DNA from: an uncultured Candidatus Saccharibacteria bacterium
Lineage (GTDB): Bacteria > Patescibacteriota > Minisyncoccia > Portnoybacterales > UBA2143
Assembly (NCBI GenBank): GCA_964594155.1
Contig: CAZQLH010000001.1
Coordinates: 74,132 to 138,131, forward strand
Reading direction: 5' to 3'
DNA: 64,000 bases
Notes under the pieces: generated by a model
Databases searched by the model: none
What the model was told of the DNA's origin: nothing
What the model saw: only the letters and a program-made list of their open reading frames with translations
Shown here: positions 18,088-28,207 of the stretch, piece after piece
Layout: each line of letters starts with the position of its first letter
How positions within the stretch are numbered: position 1 is the first letter of the stretch
Position numbers and translations under genes: made by a program

Positions 18088-18726
18088 TTAGATATAAAAA
18101 TCATTTCTATCCAAAAAGGAAGTTTCTTTTTTTAAAACCCAGATTATGCCAATTAAAAATCCTGCTAAAGCGCCTAAAATTGAACCTACCCACAGCTGAA
18201 TAACAACTGGTTTTTGACTGACTAACGGCTCATTTAAAATCTTTAATTCAACATTTTGTCCGCCGCCATGATAAAACCAATGTTCATCTGCTAATGTATT
18301 GATAATTGCCCGGCTGATTTGTTCAGCTTTTTCTTTTTGAGGATAAAAAACATCTATCTCTATTATTCCTAAATCGCGGATTATTGTTGTTTTAACTGTT
18401 TTTTGCCATTGTTTCCGTCTTTTTTTGATTTGAGGTGAAAAGCCATCTGCTTCCACTTGATAAGACGATTGCGTAACTTTTTCAAAAAAACTATCAGAAT
18501 AAATTCCTTGTTTTAAAATACGGGAAAGATATTGAGCTGATTTAGAAATACTATAAATATCCTGGCCAGATACTTGTTTTTGAACAACTAATATCTTAGA
18601 ACTGGATTTATATTGCGGTGTTTGAATAACAGCCAAATCAAAAACTAAAACAGCCCCTAAAACAGTCAGCCAAAAGATTAGCCATTTCTTTTTATAAAGC
18701 GTTTTGATTGTTTGTTTAAAAGTCAT
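18088..18726 (-). CDS. Polysaccharide chain-length determinant (Wzz/PCP-like, short form)
   Basis: 212 aa. An N-terminal TM segment is followed by VIQTPQYKSSSKILV (the PxY.S...I Wzz signature region), and a C-terminal second TM GSILGALAGFLIGIIW follows. This N- and C-terminal TM topology is typical of PCP proteins. Confidence 0.5.
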   Translation of the reverse strand: MTFKQTIKTLYKKKWLIFWLTVLGAVLVFDLAVIQTPQYKSSSKILVVQKQVSGQDIYSISKSAQYLSRILKQGIYSDSFFEKVTQSSYQVEADGFSPQIKKRRKQWQKTVKTTIIRDLGIIEIDVFYPQKEKAEQISRAIINTLADEHWFYHGGGQNVELKILNEPLVSQKPVVIQLWVGSILGALAGFLIGIIWVLKKETSFLDRNDFYI

Positions 18727-18751
18727 AAAAAAATTGCCTTATCACAGGCAA
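18727..18751 (-). terminator. Hairpin plus T-run immediately upstream of the Wzz-like start codon; likely terminator of the dnaK transcript
   Basis: Minus strand reads ttgcctgtgataaggcaa then TTTTTTT then ATG of the 18088-18726 gene. No Shine-Dalgarno sequence lies between. Confidence 0.5.
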
Positions 18752-18802
18752 TAATATTATAACCAAATTCTATCTTGTTTGTCAAATTTTGTCAAGCGAA
18801 TT

Positions 18803-18864
18803 CAAGGACCGTCATAGAAAATGATGTTCTTGGAACAAGGACGTCATTTTCAGGACGGTCCTTA
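18803..18864. repeat. Degenerate copy of the AAGGAC...GTCCTT palindromic repeat family, immediately downstream of dnaK
   Basis: aaggaccgtc ... gacggtcctt form 10-bp perfect outer arms. The inner arms are imperfect and the centre is a cttg-gaa-caag mini-hairpin. The right half aaggacgtcattttcaggacggtcctt is close to the right arm of the copies at 5783 and 50134. Confidence 0.75.
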
Positions 18865-18867
18865 AAA

Positions 18868-20715
18868 TTATTCCTTCTTTTCCTCCTCTTTAACTTCCTC
18901 ATATTCCCCCTTAACAGTATCTTTTCCCTTTATCTCTGGTTCTGACTGTTCGGCTTTCTCCTCCTCAACCTTTTTATATAATTGAGCGCCAATTTTTTGA
19001 ATTACTTGAGATAATTCATCAATTGCCTTTTTAAGCTCTTCAATCTCATTGCTGTCTTTTAATTTCTTTAATGCTTCTAATTTTTCATCAACTTCTTTTT
19101 TATCTTCTGCTTTTACTTTATCTCCAGATTCTTTAAGCGCTTTTTCAGTAGAAAAAATCAATGTATCAGCCTGATTGCGAACTTCAATTAATTCCTTTTT
19201 CTTTCTATCCTCAACTGAATGAGTTTCTGCTTCTTTTTTCATTTTTTCAATTTCTTCTTTAGAAAGAGCTGAAGAATCAGTAATAGTAATCTGCTGTTCC
19301 TTATTAGTTGCTTTATCTTTTGCCTTAACATTCAAAATACCATTAGCGTCAATATCAAAAGAAACTTCAATTTGAGGCGCGCCTCGCGGAGCTGGCGGAA
19401 TCCCGTCTAAAATAAATCTGCCTAAAGTCCGATTGTCGGATGCTATTGGCCTTTCTCCTTGTAAAATATGAATATCTACTGCTGGCTGATTATCAGCTGC
19501 TGTGGAAAAAATCTGGATTTTGGAAGCTGGAATAGTTGTATTGCGTTCAATCAAAGGCGTCATTACTTGCCCTAATGTTTCAATTCCTAAAGTCAAAGGA
19601 GTAACATCCAACAAAAGCACGTCTTTTGTCTCGCCAGTTAAAATACCTCCTTGAATACCTGCGCCCATAGCAACGCATTCCATTGGATCAACTCCTCTTT
19701 CTATTTTCTTTCCAGCATAATCTTCAACAAATTTATGAACAATCGGCATCCTGGTTGGTCCGCCAACCAAGATAATTTTAGTAATATCATTTGGAGTTAA
19801 TTTAGCGTCTTTTAAGGCCTGTTCCATTGGCTGTTGGCACTTATTAATAATCGGCTTAACTAATTCTTCTAATTTAGCCCTGGTAATTTTCATAGTTAAA
19901 TGCTTTGGACCAGCATCATCAGCGCTAATAAAAGGAAGATTAATATCTGTTTCTAAAGTTGAAGAAAGTTCAATCTTAGCTTTTTCCGCTCCTTCTTTAA
20001 GCCGCTGTAAAGAGGTCTTATCTTGCTTTAAGTCAATCTTATTTTCTTTTTTAAACTCTTCAGCTAAATAATCAATCAAAACTTCATCCATATCAGTCCC
20101 GCCTAATTGAGTATCTCCAGAAGTTGATTTTACTTCAAAAACTCCTTCGCCAAAATCCATAATTGTTACATCAAGCGTCCCTCCGCCAAGATCAAAAACA
20201 AGAATCTTTTCTTCTTGGTCTGCCTTGTCAATTCCATAAGCCAAAGAAGCAGCAGTTGGTTCATTAATAATTCTAACTACTTCTAATCCTGCTATCGCGC
20301 CTGCGTCTTTAGTTGCCTGTCTTTGGGCATCGTTAAAATAGGCTGGGGCGGTAATAACTGCTTTTTGTATTGGCTCGCCTAAAAATGCTTCTGCGTCTTT
20401 TTTAATTTTTTGCAAAATAAAAGCAGAAAGCTGTTGAGGAGTATATTCCTTGCCATTCAAAGCATACTTCTCTTTGGTCCCCATCTTTCTTTTAAACGCA
20501 GATGCAGTATTCTCTGGATTGGTAACTGCTTGGCGGCGAGCTGGCTCGCCAACTAAAAGATTGTTGTCTTTGTCAAAAGACACATATGATGGAAAGGCCT
20601 TGCCTCCGCCAACTACTGTTCCTTCAGCTGAAGGAATAATTGTTGGCTTGCCTGCTTCAACAACTGAAGCAGCTGAATTAGATGTTCCTAAGTCAATGCC
20701 AATTATTTTACTCAT
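18868..20715 (-). CDS. dnaK: Chaperone DnaK (Hsp70)
   Basis: 615 aa. Motifs [18 protein letters not shown] and [11 protein letters not shown] are present, with a C-terminal [10 protein letters not shown] tail. Confidence 0.95.
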   Translation of the reverse strand: MSKIIGIDLGTSNSAASVVEAGKPTIIPSAEGTVVGGGKAFPSYVSFDKDNNLLVGEPARRQAVTNPENTASAFKRKMGTKEKYALNGKEYTPQQLSAFILQKIKKDAEAFLGEPIQKAVITAPAYFNDAQRQATKDAGAIAGLEVVRIINEPTAASLAYGIDKADQEEKILVFDLGGGTLDVTIMDFGEGVFEVKSTSGDTQLGGTDMDEVLIDYLAEEFKKENKIDLKQDKTSLQRLKEGAEKAKIELSSTLETDINLPFISADDAGPKHLTMKITRAKLEELVKPIINKCQQPMEQALKDAKLTPNDITKIILVGGPTRMPIVHKFVEDYAGKKIERGVDPMECVAMGAGIQGGILTGETKDVLLLDVTPLTLGIETLGQVMTPLIERNTTIPASKIQIFSTAADNQPAVDIHILQGERPIASDNRTLGRFILDGIPPAPRGAPQIEVSFDIDANGILNVKAKDKATNKEQQITITDSSALSKEEIEKMKKEAETHSVEDRKKKELIEVRNQADTLIFSTEKALKESGDKVKAEDKKEVDEKLEALKKLKDSNEIEELKKAIDELSQVIQKIGAQLYKKVEEEKAEQSEPEIKGKDTVKGEYEEVKEEEKKE

Positions 20716-20723
20716 ATTTTTAT

Positions 20724-21164
20724 TTATTTAATTTCAATCGGAATCTTTTTTGTTTTGGAAATAGCTTTAGCTACTTTGGGAATAGAGATTACAAGAATGC
20801 CGCCTTTGCTTTCAGCAACTGCTTTATTCCCTTTTACTTCCACTGGCAATTCAATTACCCGGCGAAAAGATCCTTTTTTAATTTCTTTTCTTAAATAATC
20901 TTTTTTCTTGATTTCCTTCTCTTCTTCGCTTTTTCCTTGGATAACTAAAATATTATCATCAATAGAAATCTCTACATTCTCTGGCTTTATTCCAACTAAA
21001 GGTATTTCTACGTAAAGATTATTTTTATCCTGATAAATATCTATAGATGGCTCTTCAGCTCTTTGAGTTGGCAAAAAAGGCATCCAATCTTCTTCAGGAA
21101 CAGGCATTCTTGGAAGATTTAAAGGCCTTTCTGGTTCTTTAAATGGCTGCCACTTGATAGGCAT
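20724..21164 (-). CDS. Small heat-shock protein (Hsp20/alpha-crystallin family)
   Basis: 146 aa. The alpha-crystallin domain pattern [39 protein letters not shown] is followed by [10 protein letters not shown] and the conserved C-terminal I-x-I motif (KKIPIEIK). It lies between grpE and dnaK. Confidence 0.85.
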   Translation of the reverse strand: MPIKWQPFKEPERPLNLPRMPVPEEDWMPFLPTQRAEEPSIDIYQDKNNLYVEIPLVGIKPENVEISIDDNILVIQGKSEEEKEIKKKDYLRKEIKKGSFRRVIELPVEVKGNKAVAESKGGILVISIPKVAKAISKTKKIPIEIK

Positions 21165-21180
21165 AATTATATCTCCTTTC

Positions 21181-21684
21181 TTATTTAGCTACTTTTTTAG
21201 CTACTTTAACTTTACTTGTTCTTAATATTTTTCCGTTTAATAGATATCCTTTTTGCGCTTCTTCAATAATTATTCCTTGTTTTTCTTTTGATTCAACTTG
21301 TTCAACTGCCTCATGAAATTCTGGATTAAATTCTTCGCCAATTGCTTTAATTTCTTCTATATTACATTCTTTTAAAACGCTTATCATTTGTTCCTTGATT
21401 TTCTTAACATCTTTATTTTTTTCGGCTCCAGCTTCTAAGCTGTCTAAAACAGGTAATATTTTATTAATTACGCTAGCCTGACCGATTGCTACTATTCCAG
21501 GTATAATCTTTTCTTCTTGTCTTTTTCGATAATTAATTAAATCAGCCCGGACTCGCTGAGCTTGGATTAAGTACTCCTCCTTTTCTTTTTGGCATTCTTT
21601 AAGCTTTGCCTTAAATTCTTTTATTTTATCTCTTGGCTCTTTAGATTCTTCAGAAATATATTTAAGTTTTTTTTTCTTAATCAT
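21181..21684 (-). CDS. grpE: Nucleotide exchange factor GrpE
   Basis: 167 aa. A coiled-coil N-terminus is followed by the GrpE core (RADLINYRKR; the C-terminal beta domain ends FNPEFHEAV). The gene is upstream of dnaK. Confidence 0.85.
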   Translation of the reverse strand: MIKKKKLKYISEESKEPRDKIKEFKAKLKECQKEKEEYLIQAQRVRADLINYRKRQEEKIIPGIVAIGQASVINKILPVLDSLEAGAEKNKDVKKIKEQMISVLKECNIEEIKAIGEEFNPEFHEAVEQVESKEKQGIIIEEAQKGYLLNGKILRTSKVKVAKKVAK

Positions 21685-21782
21685 TCTATGTATTAATTTA
21701 TCATTTTTTTAAAAATTTGTAAACACCAATTTGCTCTTTATATAAAAAATGTGGTAGAATAAAATGGAAAGGAAATAAATCA

Positions 21783-22694
21783 ATGAAAAAAATAACCGCT
21801 AATAATATAACTTGGATTGATATTGAAAATCCAACCCAAAAAGATCTTGATGAATTAAATGAAAAATTCAATCTTCACCCTTTTATTGTTAAACAATTTC
21901 TTCCGCCTATCCACCGTCCTGAAATAGAAGAATACCCTGATCAGCTTTTTATCGCCCTTCACTTTCCTGTTTATAACTCTAAAAGCAAAGAAACAAAAAC
22001 AGTAGAAATAGATTTTATTGTTACTCCAGATGCTTTAATTACCAGCCATAAAGATAAAGTTCCTGACTTGGAAACTTTTTTTAATGATTGTGAGCTTCAA
22101 GATCACTACCAAAATCAATTCTTTAAAAGCAGCGGGTATTTACTGCTTGGCCTGCTTGACTGGCTAATTGATTCTTGTCTGCCAATGCTTGATCATATTA
22201 GTGAAAAAATTGAAAAGATTGAAGACAATGTTTTCAAAGGCAAAGAAAAAGAAATGCTTTTAGAAATTGCTATGGTTAAAAAAGATTTAATCAACTTTCG
22301 CAAAGCTGTTAAGCCTCAGCGCTCTGTTTTAGAAATTTTAGGCAAAAAGTCAATCCGTCTTTTTGGCCAGGAATCAAGGCCTTTAGCTCAAGAAGTGGTT
22401 GGCTCTATTATCCGCGTCTGGAATGTTTTGGAAAACCACCGTGAATTAATTAATTCAATTGAACAAACTAATAATTCCCTGCTTTCATATAAATTAAGCG
22501 ATATCATGAAATTTCTGACTGTGGTTTCTTTTATTACTTTCCCTTTAAGCATTATTGTGGGATTTTTTGGAATGAACATCTTTTCTAATATTCCAATAAT
22601 TCAGCATTCTTTTTCTTGGATGGTTATTCTTATCTTTATGGCCATGACAGCCATTATTATGGTTATTTATTTTAAAAAGAAAAAATGGATTTAA
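21783..22694 (+). CDS. corA: CorA-family Mg2+/Co2+ transporter
   Basis: 303 aa. The cytoplasmic N-domain is followed by two C-terminal TM helices with the GMN signature in the first (FFGMNIF). Confidence 0.8.
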   Translation: MKKITANNITWIDIENPTQKDLDELNEKFNLHPFIVKQFLPPIHRPEIEEYPDQLFIALHFPVYNSKSKETKTVEIDFIVTPDALITSHKDKVPDLETFFNDCELQDHYQNQFFKSSGYLLLGLLDWLIDSCLPMLDHISEKIEKIEDNVFKGKEKEMLLEIAMVKKDLINFRKAVKPQRSVLEILGKKSIRLFGQESRPLAQEVVGSIIRVWNVLENHRELINSIEQTNNSLLSYKLSDIMKFLTVVSFITFPLSIIVGFFGMNIFSNIPIIQHSFSWMVILIFMAMTAIIMVIYFKKKKWI

Positions 22695-24022
22695 AATTAT
22701 ACAACACCCTAACTCGCAAAAAAGAAACCTTTAAGCCGATTAAAAAAGATTCGGTTTCTTTTTATGCTTGCGGTCCGACCGTTTATGACAGAGTCCATAT
22801 TGGCAACCTTAGAACTTATATTTTTGAAGATATTCTTAAAAAAACACTTGAATATAATAATTATCAAGTAAAATATGTAATGAATATTACTGATATTGAA
22901 GATAAAATTATTAAGAAAATGAAAGATGAAAATAAAACCTTAAAAGAAGCCACCCAGCCTTATACTGATATATTTTTCAAAGATATCAAAGAATTAAACA
23001 TAGCTGAGGCAAATCACTACCCTAAGGCCACTGAACACATAAAAGAAATGATAAAATTAATAGAAACATTGTTAAAAAAAGATATTGCTTACAAAGGCAA
23101 TGATGGTTCTATTTATTTTAACATAAAGAAGTTTGAAAATTACGGAGCCTTATCCAGGCTTGAACAAAGAGATTTAAAACATGGCGCCAGAATTGAAACA
23201 GATGAATATAATAAAGAAAATGCTGGAGATTTTGTTCTTTGGAAGGCTATTAGCGAAAACGAACCATCATGGGAAGCTCCCTTTGGCAAAGGCCGGCCAG
23301 GCTGGCACATTGAATGTTCAGCTATGAGTTCAAAATATCTAGGCAAAACTTTTGACATTCATGCTGGCGCTGTAGATTTAATTTTTCCCCATCATGAAAA
23401 TGAAATTGCTCAATCTGAAGCAGCTAATGAAGCTAAATTTGTCAATTACTGGATAGAAGGAGAACATCTTTTAGTCAATAATCAAAAAATGGCAAAATCA
23501 CTTCGGAATTTTTACACTATTGAAGACATTAAAAAGAAAAACTTTTCGCCATTAGTCTTCCGCTATCTAATTCTAGGCGCGCACTATCGTTCAAAATTAA
23601 ATTTTACCTGGGAATCATTAGAAACAGCCAAAAACTCTTACAAACGATTAAAAAACATTACTTCAAAAATCAAAAATGATAAAAAAATAAACAAAAAATA
23701 TCTAAAAGAATTTGAAAATAATATAAATGATGATTTAAATGCGCCTCAAGCATTATCTGTATTATGGAATTTAATTAGAGATAAAAAAGCTGACGGAAAA
23801 TACAAAACAATTGAAAAAATAGATCAAATTTTCAGCTTGGACTTGCTTAAAAAAGAAAAAATAATTATTCCTCAAGAGATTAAAGAGCTTATCCAAAAAA
23901 GAGAAAAAGCCAGAAAAAATAAAAAGTGGGAACAAGCTGATCAAATCAGAAAACAAATAAAACAAAAAGGATATCAAGTAGAAGATACTGAACAAGGCCA
24001 AAAAGTTTCCCCAAAATATTAA
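22685..24022 (+). CDS. cysS: Cysteinyl-tRNA synthetase
   Basis: HIGH motif ([17 protein letters not shown]), the Zn-binding Cys context and KMSKS (KMAKSLRN), with a C-terminal DALR-like helical domain. Confidence 0.9.
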   Translation: MDLKLYNTLTRKKETFKPIKKDSVSFYACGPTVYDRVHIGNLRTYIFEDILKKTLEYNNYQVKYVMNITDIEDKIIKKMKDENKTLKEATQPYTDIFFKDIKELNIAEANHYPKATEHIKEMIKLIETLLKKDIAYKGNDGSIYFNIKKFENYGALSRLEQRDLKHGARIETDEYNKENAGDFVLWKAISENEPSWEAPFGKGRPGWHIECSAMSSKYLGKTFDIHAGAVDLIFPHHENEIAQSEAANEAKFVNYWIEGEHLLVNNQKMAKSLRNFYTIEDIKKKNFSPLVFRYLILGAHYRSKLNFTWESLETAKNSYKRLKNITSKIKNDKKINKKYLKEFENNINDDLNAPQALSVLWNLIRDKKADGKYKTIEKIDQIFSLDLLKKEKIIIPQEIKELIQKREKARKNKKWEQADQIRKQIKQKGYQVEDTEQGQKVSPKY

Positions 24023-24070
24023 CAGGATTTCCTCTTGCCTTGTAGAAGAATTTAAGATTAAAATAATAAT

Positions 24071-25423
24071 ATGTCTAAAAAAACAGAAGGCCGCTTGCCG
24101 CCGCAAAACATTGAAGCTGAACAATCTGTTCTAGGCTCTTTAATGCTGGACAAAGAAGCAATTATTAGAGTAGCTGATCTTCTTAAGCCAGATGATTTTT
24201 ATCGCGGCATCCATGGCATTGTTTATCAGATAATGCTTGGTCTTTATGAAAAAAATGAACCAATTGACTTGCTTAGTTTAACTAACAGATTAGAAGAAAA
24301 AAACAAATTAGAAGAAATTGGCGGCCATACTTATTTAACCAGCTTAGTTAATATGGTTCCTACAGCTGCTCATGTTACTCATTACGCCAAGATTGTTAGA
24401 AATAAAAAAACTCTCCGCGATTTAATTGATACTTCTCATAAAATTACTGAGTTAAGCTATCAAGAACCAGAAGATATAGAAAGCTTGGTTGATGAAGCTG
24501 AACAAAAAATATTTGGCGTTTCCCAGCAATCAATCAGCCAGAAATTTATGCCGGTTAAAGAAAGCTTAGAAGGAGCTTTTGAAAGAATTGACAAGCTTCA
24601 TCGCGGAGACGAGGTTACCAGGGGCATACCAACTGGATTTAGCGATTTAGACAATTACTTGGCTGGTTTTCAAAAATCAGACCTGATTATCTTAGCAGCC
24701 CGCCCATCGCTCGGCAAAACCAGCATGGCTTTGGATTTTGTCCGTCACGCAGCTACTAAGAATAAAACGCCAATAGCTTTCTTTAGCATTGAAATGTCTA
24801 AAGAACAATTAGTTGACCGGCTTATTTGTTCCCAAGCTGAAGTTGATCTTTGGCGAATGAGAACCGGACGCTTGTCAGGAGAAGGCCCTGACAATGATTT
24901 TCAAAGAATTCAACGTTCTTTGGATGAACTATCAGCTGCTCCTATCTTTATTGATGACACCCCTTCTCCAACAGTTATTCAAATGAGAGCTATGGCTCGC
25001 CGTTTGCAAGCTGAACACAAATTAGGCCTAATTGTCATTGATTATCTTCAAATGATTCAACCTCGCAATCCCAATGATTCCCCGGTTCAGCAAGTAACAG
25101 AAATATCGCGTAACCTCAAGGCCTTAGCGCGTGAAATTAATGTTCCAGTCCTTGCTCTTTCCCAGCTTTCCCGCGCTGTTGAAAACCGATCCCCAGCTAT
25201 TCCCAAGCTTTCTGACCTTCGCGATTCTGGATCAATAGAACAAGATAGCGATGTAGTGCTTATGATATATAGAGAGGATAAAGATAAGCGCGACTCTGAA
25301 AGAAAAAATATTGCTGAACTAATTATTGCCAAACATCGCAACGGGCCAATTGGAAAAATTGAACTCTTCTTTAATGAAAGCCATGTAAGCTTTAAAACCC
25401 TTGAAAGACACCTTGGAGAATAA
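24071..25423 (+). CDS. dnaB: Replicative DNA helicase DnaB
   Basis: N-terminal PQNIEAEQSVLGSLML. Walker A ARPSLGKTS, H2 IDYLQ and H4 SQLSRAVE are all typical of DnaB. Confidence 0.9.
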   Translation: MSKKTEGRLPPQNIEAEQSVLGSLMLDKEAIIRVADLLKPDDFYRGIHGIVYQIMLGLYEKNEPIDLLSLTNRLEEKNKLEEIGGHTYLTSLVNMVPTAAHVTHYAKIVRNKKTLRDLIDTSHKITELSYQEPEDIESLVDEAEQKIFGVSQQSISQKFMPVKESLEGAFERIDKLHRGDEVTRGIPTGFSDLDNYLAGFQKSDLIILAARPSLGKTSMALDFVRHAATKNKTPIAFFSIEMSKEQLVDRLICSQAEVDLWRMRTGRLSGEGPDNDFQRIQRSLDELSAAPIFIDDTPSPTVIQMRAMARRLQAEHKLGLIVIDYLQMIQPRNPNDSPVQQVTEISRNLKALAREINVPVLALSQLSRAVENRSPAIPKLSDLRDSGSIEQDSDVVLMIYREDKDKRDSERKNIAELIIAKHRNGPIGKIELFFNESHVSFKTLERHLGE

Positions 25424-25427
25424 ACAC

Positions 25428-26021
25428 ATGTTTCCTGAATCAATCCAAAACCTAATTAAACAATTAAGCAAACTGCCTGACATTGGCCCCCGAGCTGCTA
25501 CTCGGCTGGTTTTTTATTTAATCAGCCAAAACCAGGAAGATTTAGATGATTTATCATTATCAATTAAAGATTTAAAAACAAAAATTAATCTTTGCAATAA
25601 TTGCTATAATATCACAACTAATGAAAACCAGTTCTGCTCTATTTGCTCAGATCAGAAAAGAAATAAAGATGCTATTTGTATTGTTGAAACAATTTTAAAT
25701 ATTCCACCAATAGAAAAAACAAAACAATTTAACGGACTATATCATGTTTTAGGCGGATTAATTTCTCCAATTGACGACATTGGACCAGAAAAATTAAAGA
25801 TTGATGAGTTAATTAAAAAAACCAAATCATTAAATATAAAAGAAATAATTTTTGCTTTGAGTCCAACTACTGAAGGCGATACCACCGCCTTATACATTGA
25901 ACGCTTGCTTAAACCGTTAGAAATAAAAATAAGCCGCTTGGCTCGCGGCTTGTCAACTGGCAGTGATTTAGAATACATAGATGAAAATACTTTAACTAGC
26001 GCTTTTCGCGGACGAAGATAG
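25428..26021 (+). CDS. recR: Recombination protein RecR
   Basis: The start is taken at MFPESIQNLIKQLSKLPDIGPRAATRL (the HhH signature region of RecR). A C4 zinc-finger CNNCYN...CSIC is present, followed by a Toprim domain. The ORF track begins 9 codons earlier, inside the dnaB 3' end. Confidence 0.85.
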   Translation: MFPESIQNLIKQLSKLPDIGPRAATRLVFYLISQNQEDLDDLSLSIKDLKTKINLCNNCYNITTNENQFCSICSDQKRNKDAICIVETILNIPPIEKTKQFNGLYHVLGGLISPIDDIGPEKLKIDELIKKTKSLNIKEIIFALSPTTEGDTTALYIERLLKPLEIKISRLARGLSTGSDLEYIDENTLTSAFRGRR

Positions 26022-26178
26022 ACCTCTTGCAAGATAATTTTTCGTGATAAAAAATTAATAGTTTTGAGCGAAAATTATAAAAACGAGAAGCTTATATGGT
26101 GAATATAGGCGACGAGTTTTGAACAATTTGCAGCCAAAAATATTAATTTGTAATAGAAAATATTATTTTATAAGAGGT

Positions 26179-26490
26179 CTACACTATCTTTAATATTTCC
26201 ACTTCTGTATAGGGCTGACGATGCCCTTTTTTCTTTTGATATCTTTTCTTTGGCTTATACTTAAAAACAATTATTTTTTTAGCTCTATCTTGTTTAATAA
26301 CCTTAGCTTTAACTTTAGCGCCTTTTACTAAAGGATCGCCGATTTTTACAGTTTTTTTGCCGCTAACCACTAACAAAACTTCGTCAAAGACGACTTCTTT
26401 CTTTTCTTCTACATTTAACTTCTCTACTTTAATTTTGTCACCTGGGGAAACCAAATACTGCTTTCCCCCGGTTCTTATTACTGCAAACAT
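26179..26490 (-). CDS. rplU: 50S ribosomal protein L21
   Basis: 103 aa beginning [25 protein letters not shown], the L21 signature. Confidence 0.9.
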   Translation of the reverse strand: MFAVIRTGGKQYLVSPGDKIKVEKLNVEEKKEVVFDEVLLVVSGKKTVKIGDPLVKGAKVKAKVIKQDRAKKIIVFKYKPKKRYQKKKGHRQPYTEVEILKIV

Positions 26491-26535
26491 AGATTTAATC
26501 TTAAACTATTTAAAAACAAAAATCAATATTAAAGC

Positions 26536-26760
26536 TTATTTCTTAGATAATCTTATAAACTCCCTTACTGTAATTTCAGAGTCTCTTAACAACTTTCTTA
26601 AAAGTCCTTTGCCTAAAGTTTTGTGATTTGGCACAGTTAAAGACTCTTTATTTGGATGATATAAACGAAAATGACTACCTTTTTTTCTAATAACTTGGTA
26701 GCCAATTTTACTAAATATTTTAATAGCTTTCTTTCCTGAAATTGAAGGAAGTTTTACCAT
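26536..26760 (-). CDS. hicA: Type II toxin HicA (mRNA interferase, YcfA-like)
   Basis: 74 aa reading ...GYQVIRKKGSHFRLYHPNK... This is the HicA fold signature (G-x-x-x-x-x-KGSH). The gene starts 3 nt after the hicB stop. Confidence 0.75.
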   Translation of the reverse strand: MVKLPSISGKKAIKIFSKIGYQVIRKKGSHFRLYHPNKESLTVPNHKTLGKGLLRKLLRDSEITVREFIRLSKK

Positions 26761-26762
26761 AA

Positions 26763-27011
26763 TTAAAGAGTAATAGCATGAAGGCTTAATTCTTGCGGCT
26801 TATATGACTTTAAAACTTCTTGATTTTCTTTTTCTTCCAAACAAAGCTCAATAACCTCTTTAATATTTTTCAAAGCATCATCTACGCTTTTTCCTTGAGA
26901 ATAACAACCTCTAAAAAGAGGACACTCAACCACATAAAAACCATCCTCGTCTTTTTCAATAACAACAGGAAACCTGCTTTTTTTAATTTTTGATAAAAGC
27001 GTCTTGTTCAT
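26763..27011 (-). CDS. hicB: Type II antitoxin HicB (UPF0150 family)
   Basis: 82 aa reading FPVVIEKDEDGFYVVECPLFRGCYSQGKSVDDALKNIKEVIELCLE, the HicB N-terminal RNase-H-like domain signature. It lies immediately upstream of hicA. Confidence 0.7.
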   Translation of the reverse strand: MNKTLLSKIKKSRFPVVIEKDEDGFYVVECPLFRGCYSQGKSVDDALKNIKEVIELCLEEKENQEVLKSYKPQELSLHAITL

Positions 27012-27067
27012 ATATTTTTATTTTACTAAAGATTAAATTAAGTGTCAAATAAAATATTGATTTTTTG

Positions 27068-28150
27068 TTAATTATCATCTAAATCTAATAATGGCCTTTC
27101 TAAATCTTCAGTTTCTATCTTTGGCTTGCCGCTAATAATCTTAGCTGTATCCTTGTCTATTTTTTTAAGCTCTTGATTGCTTCTATTGTACATATTAACA
27201 GTTGTATTAATGCTATTGCCTAATTTCTTATGATATGAACTATAGCCCTTAACATGCCTGTCTAACTTGCCTACTAATTTAATAATTTCCTTGGTTGATT
27301 CTTCAATTTGCATCCCTCTTAATCCTTCTAAAATTGTTTGTAAATACGCATAGAAAGATGTAGGCGAAACTATATGAACATGTTTTTCTCTAATTGCATA
27401 ATCTAACAAGCTTCTAGTATTAGCTTTAATTGCTCCAATTTTATTAACTAATAAGTCATAATATATTGCTTCAGCTGGAATAAACATAAAAGCAAATTCA
27501 TAAGTTCCTTCTTTGGGCTTAATATATTTAGCTGTTTCATCAATCCTTGTTTTTAAATCCTGCTTAAATGCTTTTTCTAATTTCTCTCTTTTATTTGGAT
27601 CATTTTCCCCTATAATCCTATTATAATTCTCTAATGAAAATTTAGAATCAATTGGAATTATTTTATCTTTTAGGAATATAACAGCATCAACAATCTGGCC
27701 GTCTTTAAAGCTATATTGCATCTGATACTGGCTAGGATTAAAAATATTCTTTAATAATTCCTCTAAATAATATTCGCCTAAAACGCCTCTGCGCTTGGGA
27801 TTTGTTAAAATATTTTCCAAAGATTGCAGCTGCTCAGCAAAGCTAACTACTTGCTTATTAGTATTTTTTAATTCAGTCAATCCTTGAGTAACATTTTTAA
27901 TAATCTTAGCGCTCTCGCTAAACTGACTTTGAACAGATTTAGCTGATTCAGAAAGCTTGTTATCTAAAACCTGGCTTAGCTGATTCATCTGCTGTTGAAG
28001 CATTAATAATGATTGATTATCTTCTTGTTCTGGTTTTTTCTTTAATAATAAAAAAAATAAGAAACCTAGCCCGACAACTATTAATATTAAGAGAAAAATA
28101 ATAAAAGTTTCCATAGAAATTATTTTAACACAAATTAGACAAAAGAACAA
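27068..28150 (-). CDS. rmuC: DNA recombination protein RmuC
   Basis: 360 aa. An N-terminal TM segment, a long coiled coil and a C-terminal RmuC nuclease-like domain (...AFMFIPAEAIYYDLL...HVHIVSPTSFYAYLQTI). Confidence 0.8.
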   Translation of the reverse strand: MFFCLICVKIISMETFIIFLLILIVVGLGFLFFLLLKKKPEQEDNQSLLMLQQQMNQLSQVLDNKLSESAKSVQSQFSESAKIIKNVTQGLTELKNTNKQVVSFAEQLQSLENILTNPKRRGVLGEYYLEELLKNIFNPSQYQMQYSFKDGQIVDAVIFLKDKIIPIDSKFSLENYNRIIGENDPNKREKLEKAFKQDLKTRIDETAKYIKPKEGTYEFAFMFIPAEAIYYDLLVNKIGAIKANTRSLLDYAIREKHVHIVSPTSFYAYLQTILEGLRGMQIEESTKEIIKLVGKLDRHVKGYSSYHKKLGNSINTTVNMYNRSNQELKKIDKDTAKIISGKPKIETEDLERPLLDLDDN

Positions 28151-28152
28151 AT

Positions 28153-28189
28153 AAAAAAACCTGGATTTGTTAAAAAACAGGTTTTTTTT
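28153..28189 (-). terminator. Rho-independent terminator downstream of ugd, bidirectional in form
   Basis: aacctgg-atttgttaaaaaa-caggtt hairpin at 28158-28183, flanked by an A7 run upstream and a T8 run downstream on the plus strand. Confidence 0.6.
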
Positions 28190-28207
28190 ATTTGTTTTTT
28201 TTTGCTT

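Noticed and set aside
21685-21782. Looked for a CIRCE element (TTAGCACTC-N9-GAGTGCTAA) upstream of grpE/dnaK, and separately upstream of dnaJ
   Set aside because: No such inverted repeat is present in the grpE-corA divergent region or ahead of dnaJ. HrcA-type control is not supported by this sequence.
26019-26180. 9-bp inverted repeats agacctctt / aagaggtct flanking the 157-bp recR-rplU intergenic region
   Set aside because: A single 9-bp match about 150 bp apart in AT-rich DNA is within chance expectation. No target-site duplication or internal coding potential was seen. Only a weak cttgcaag mini-hairpin with a T-run (a possible recR terminator) lies inside.
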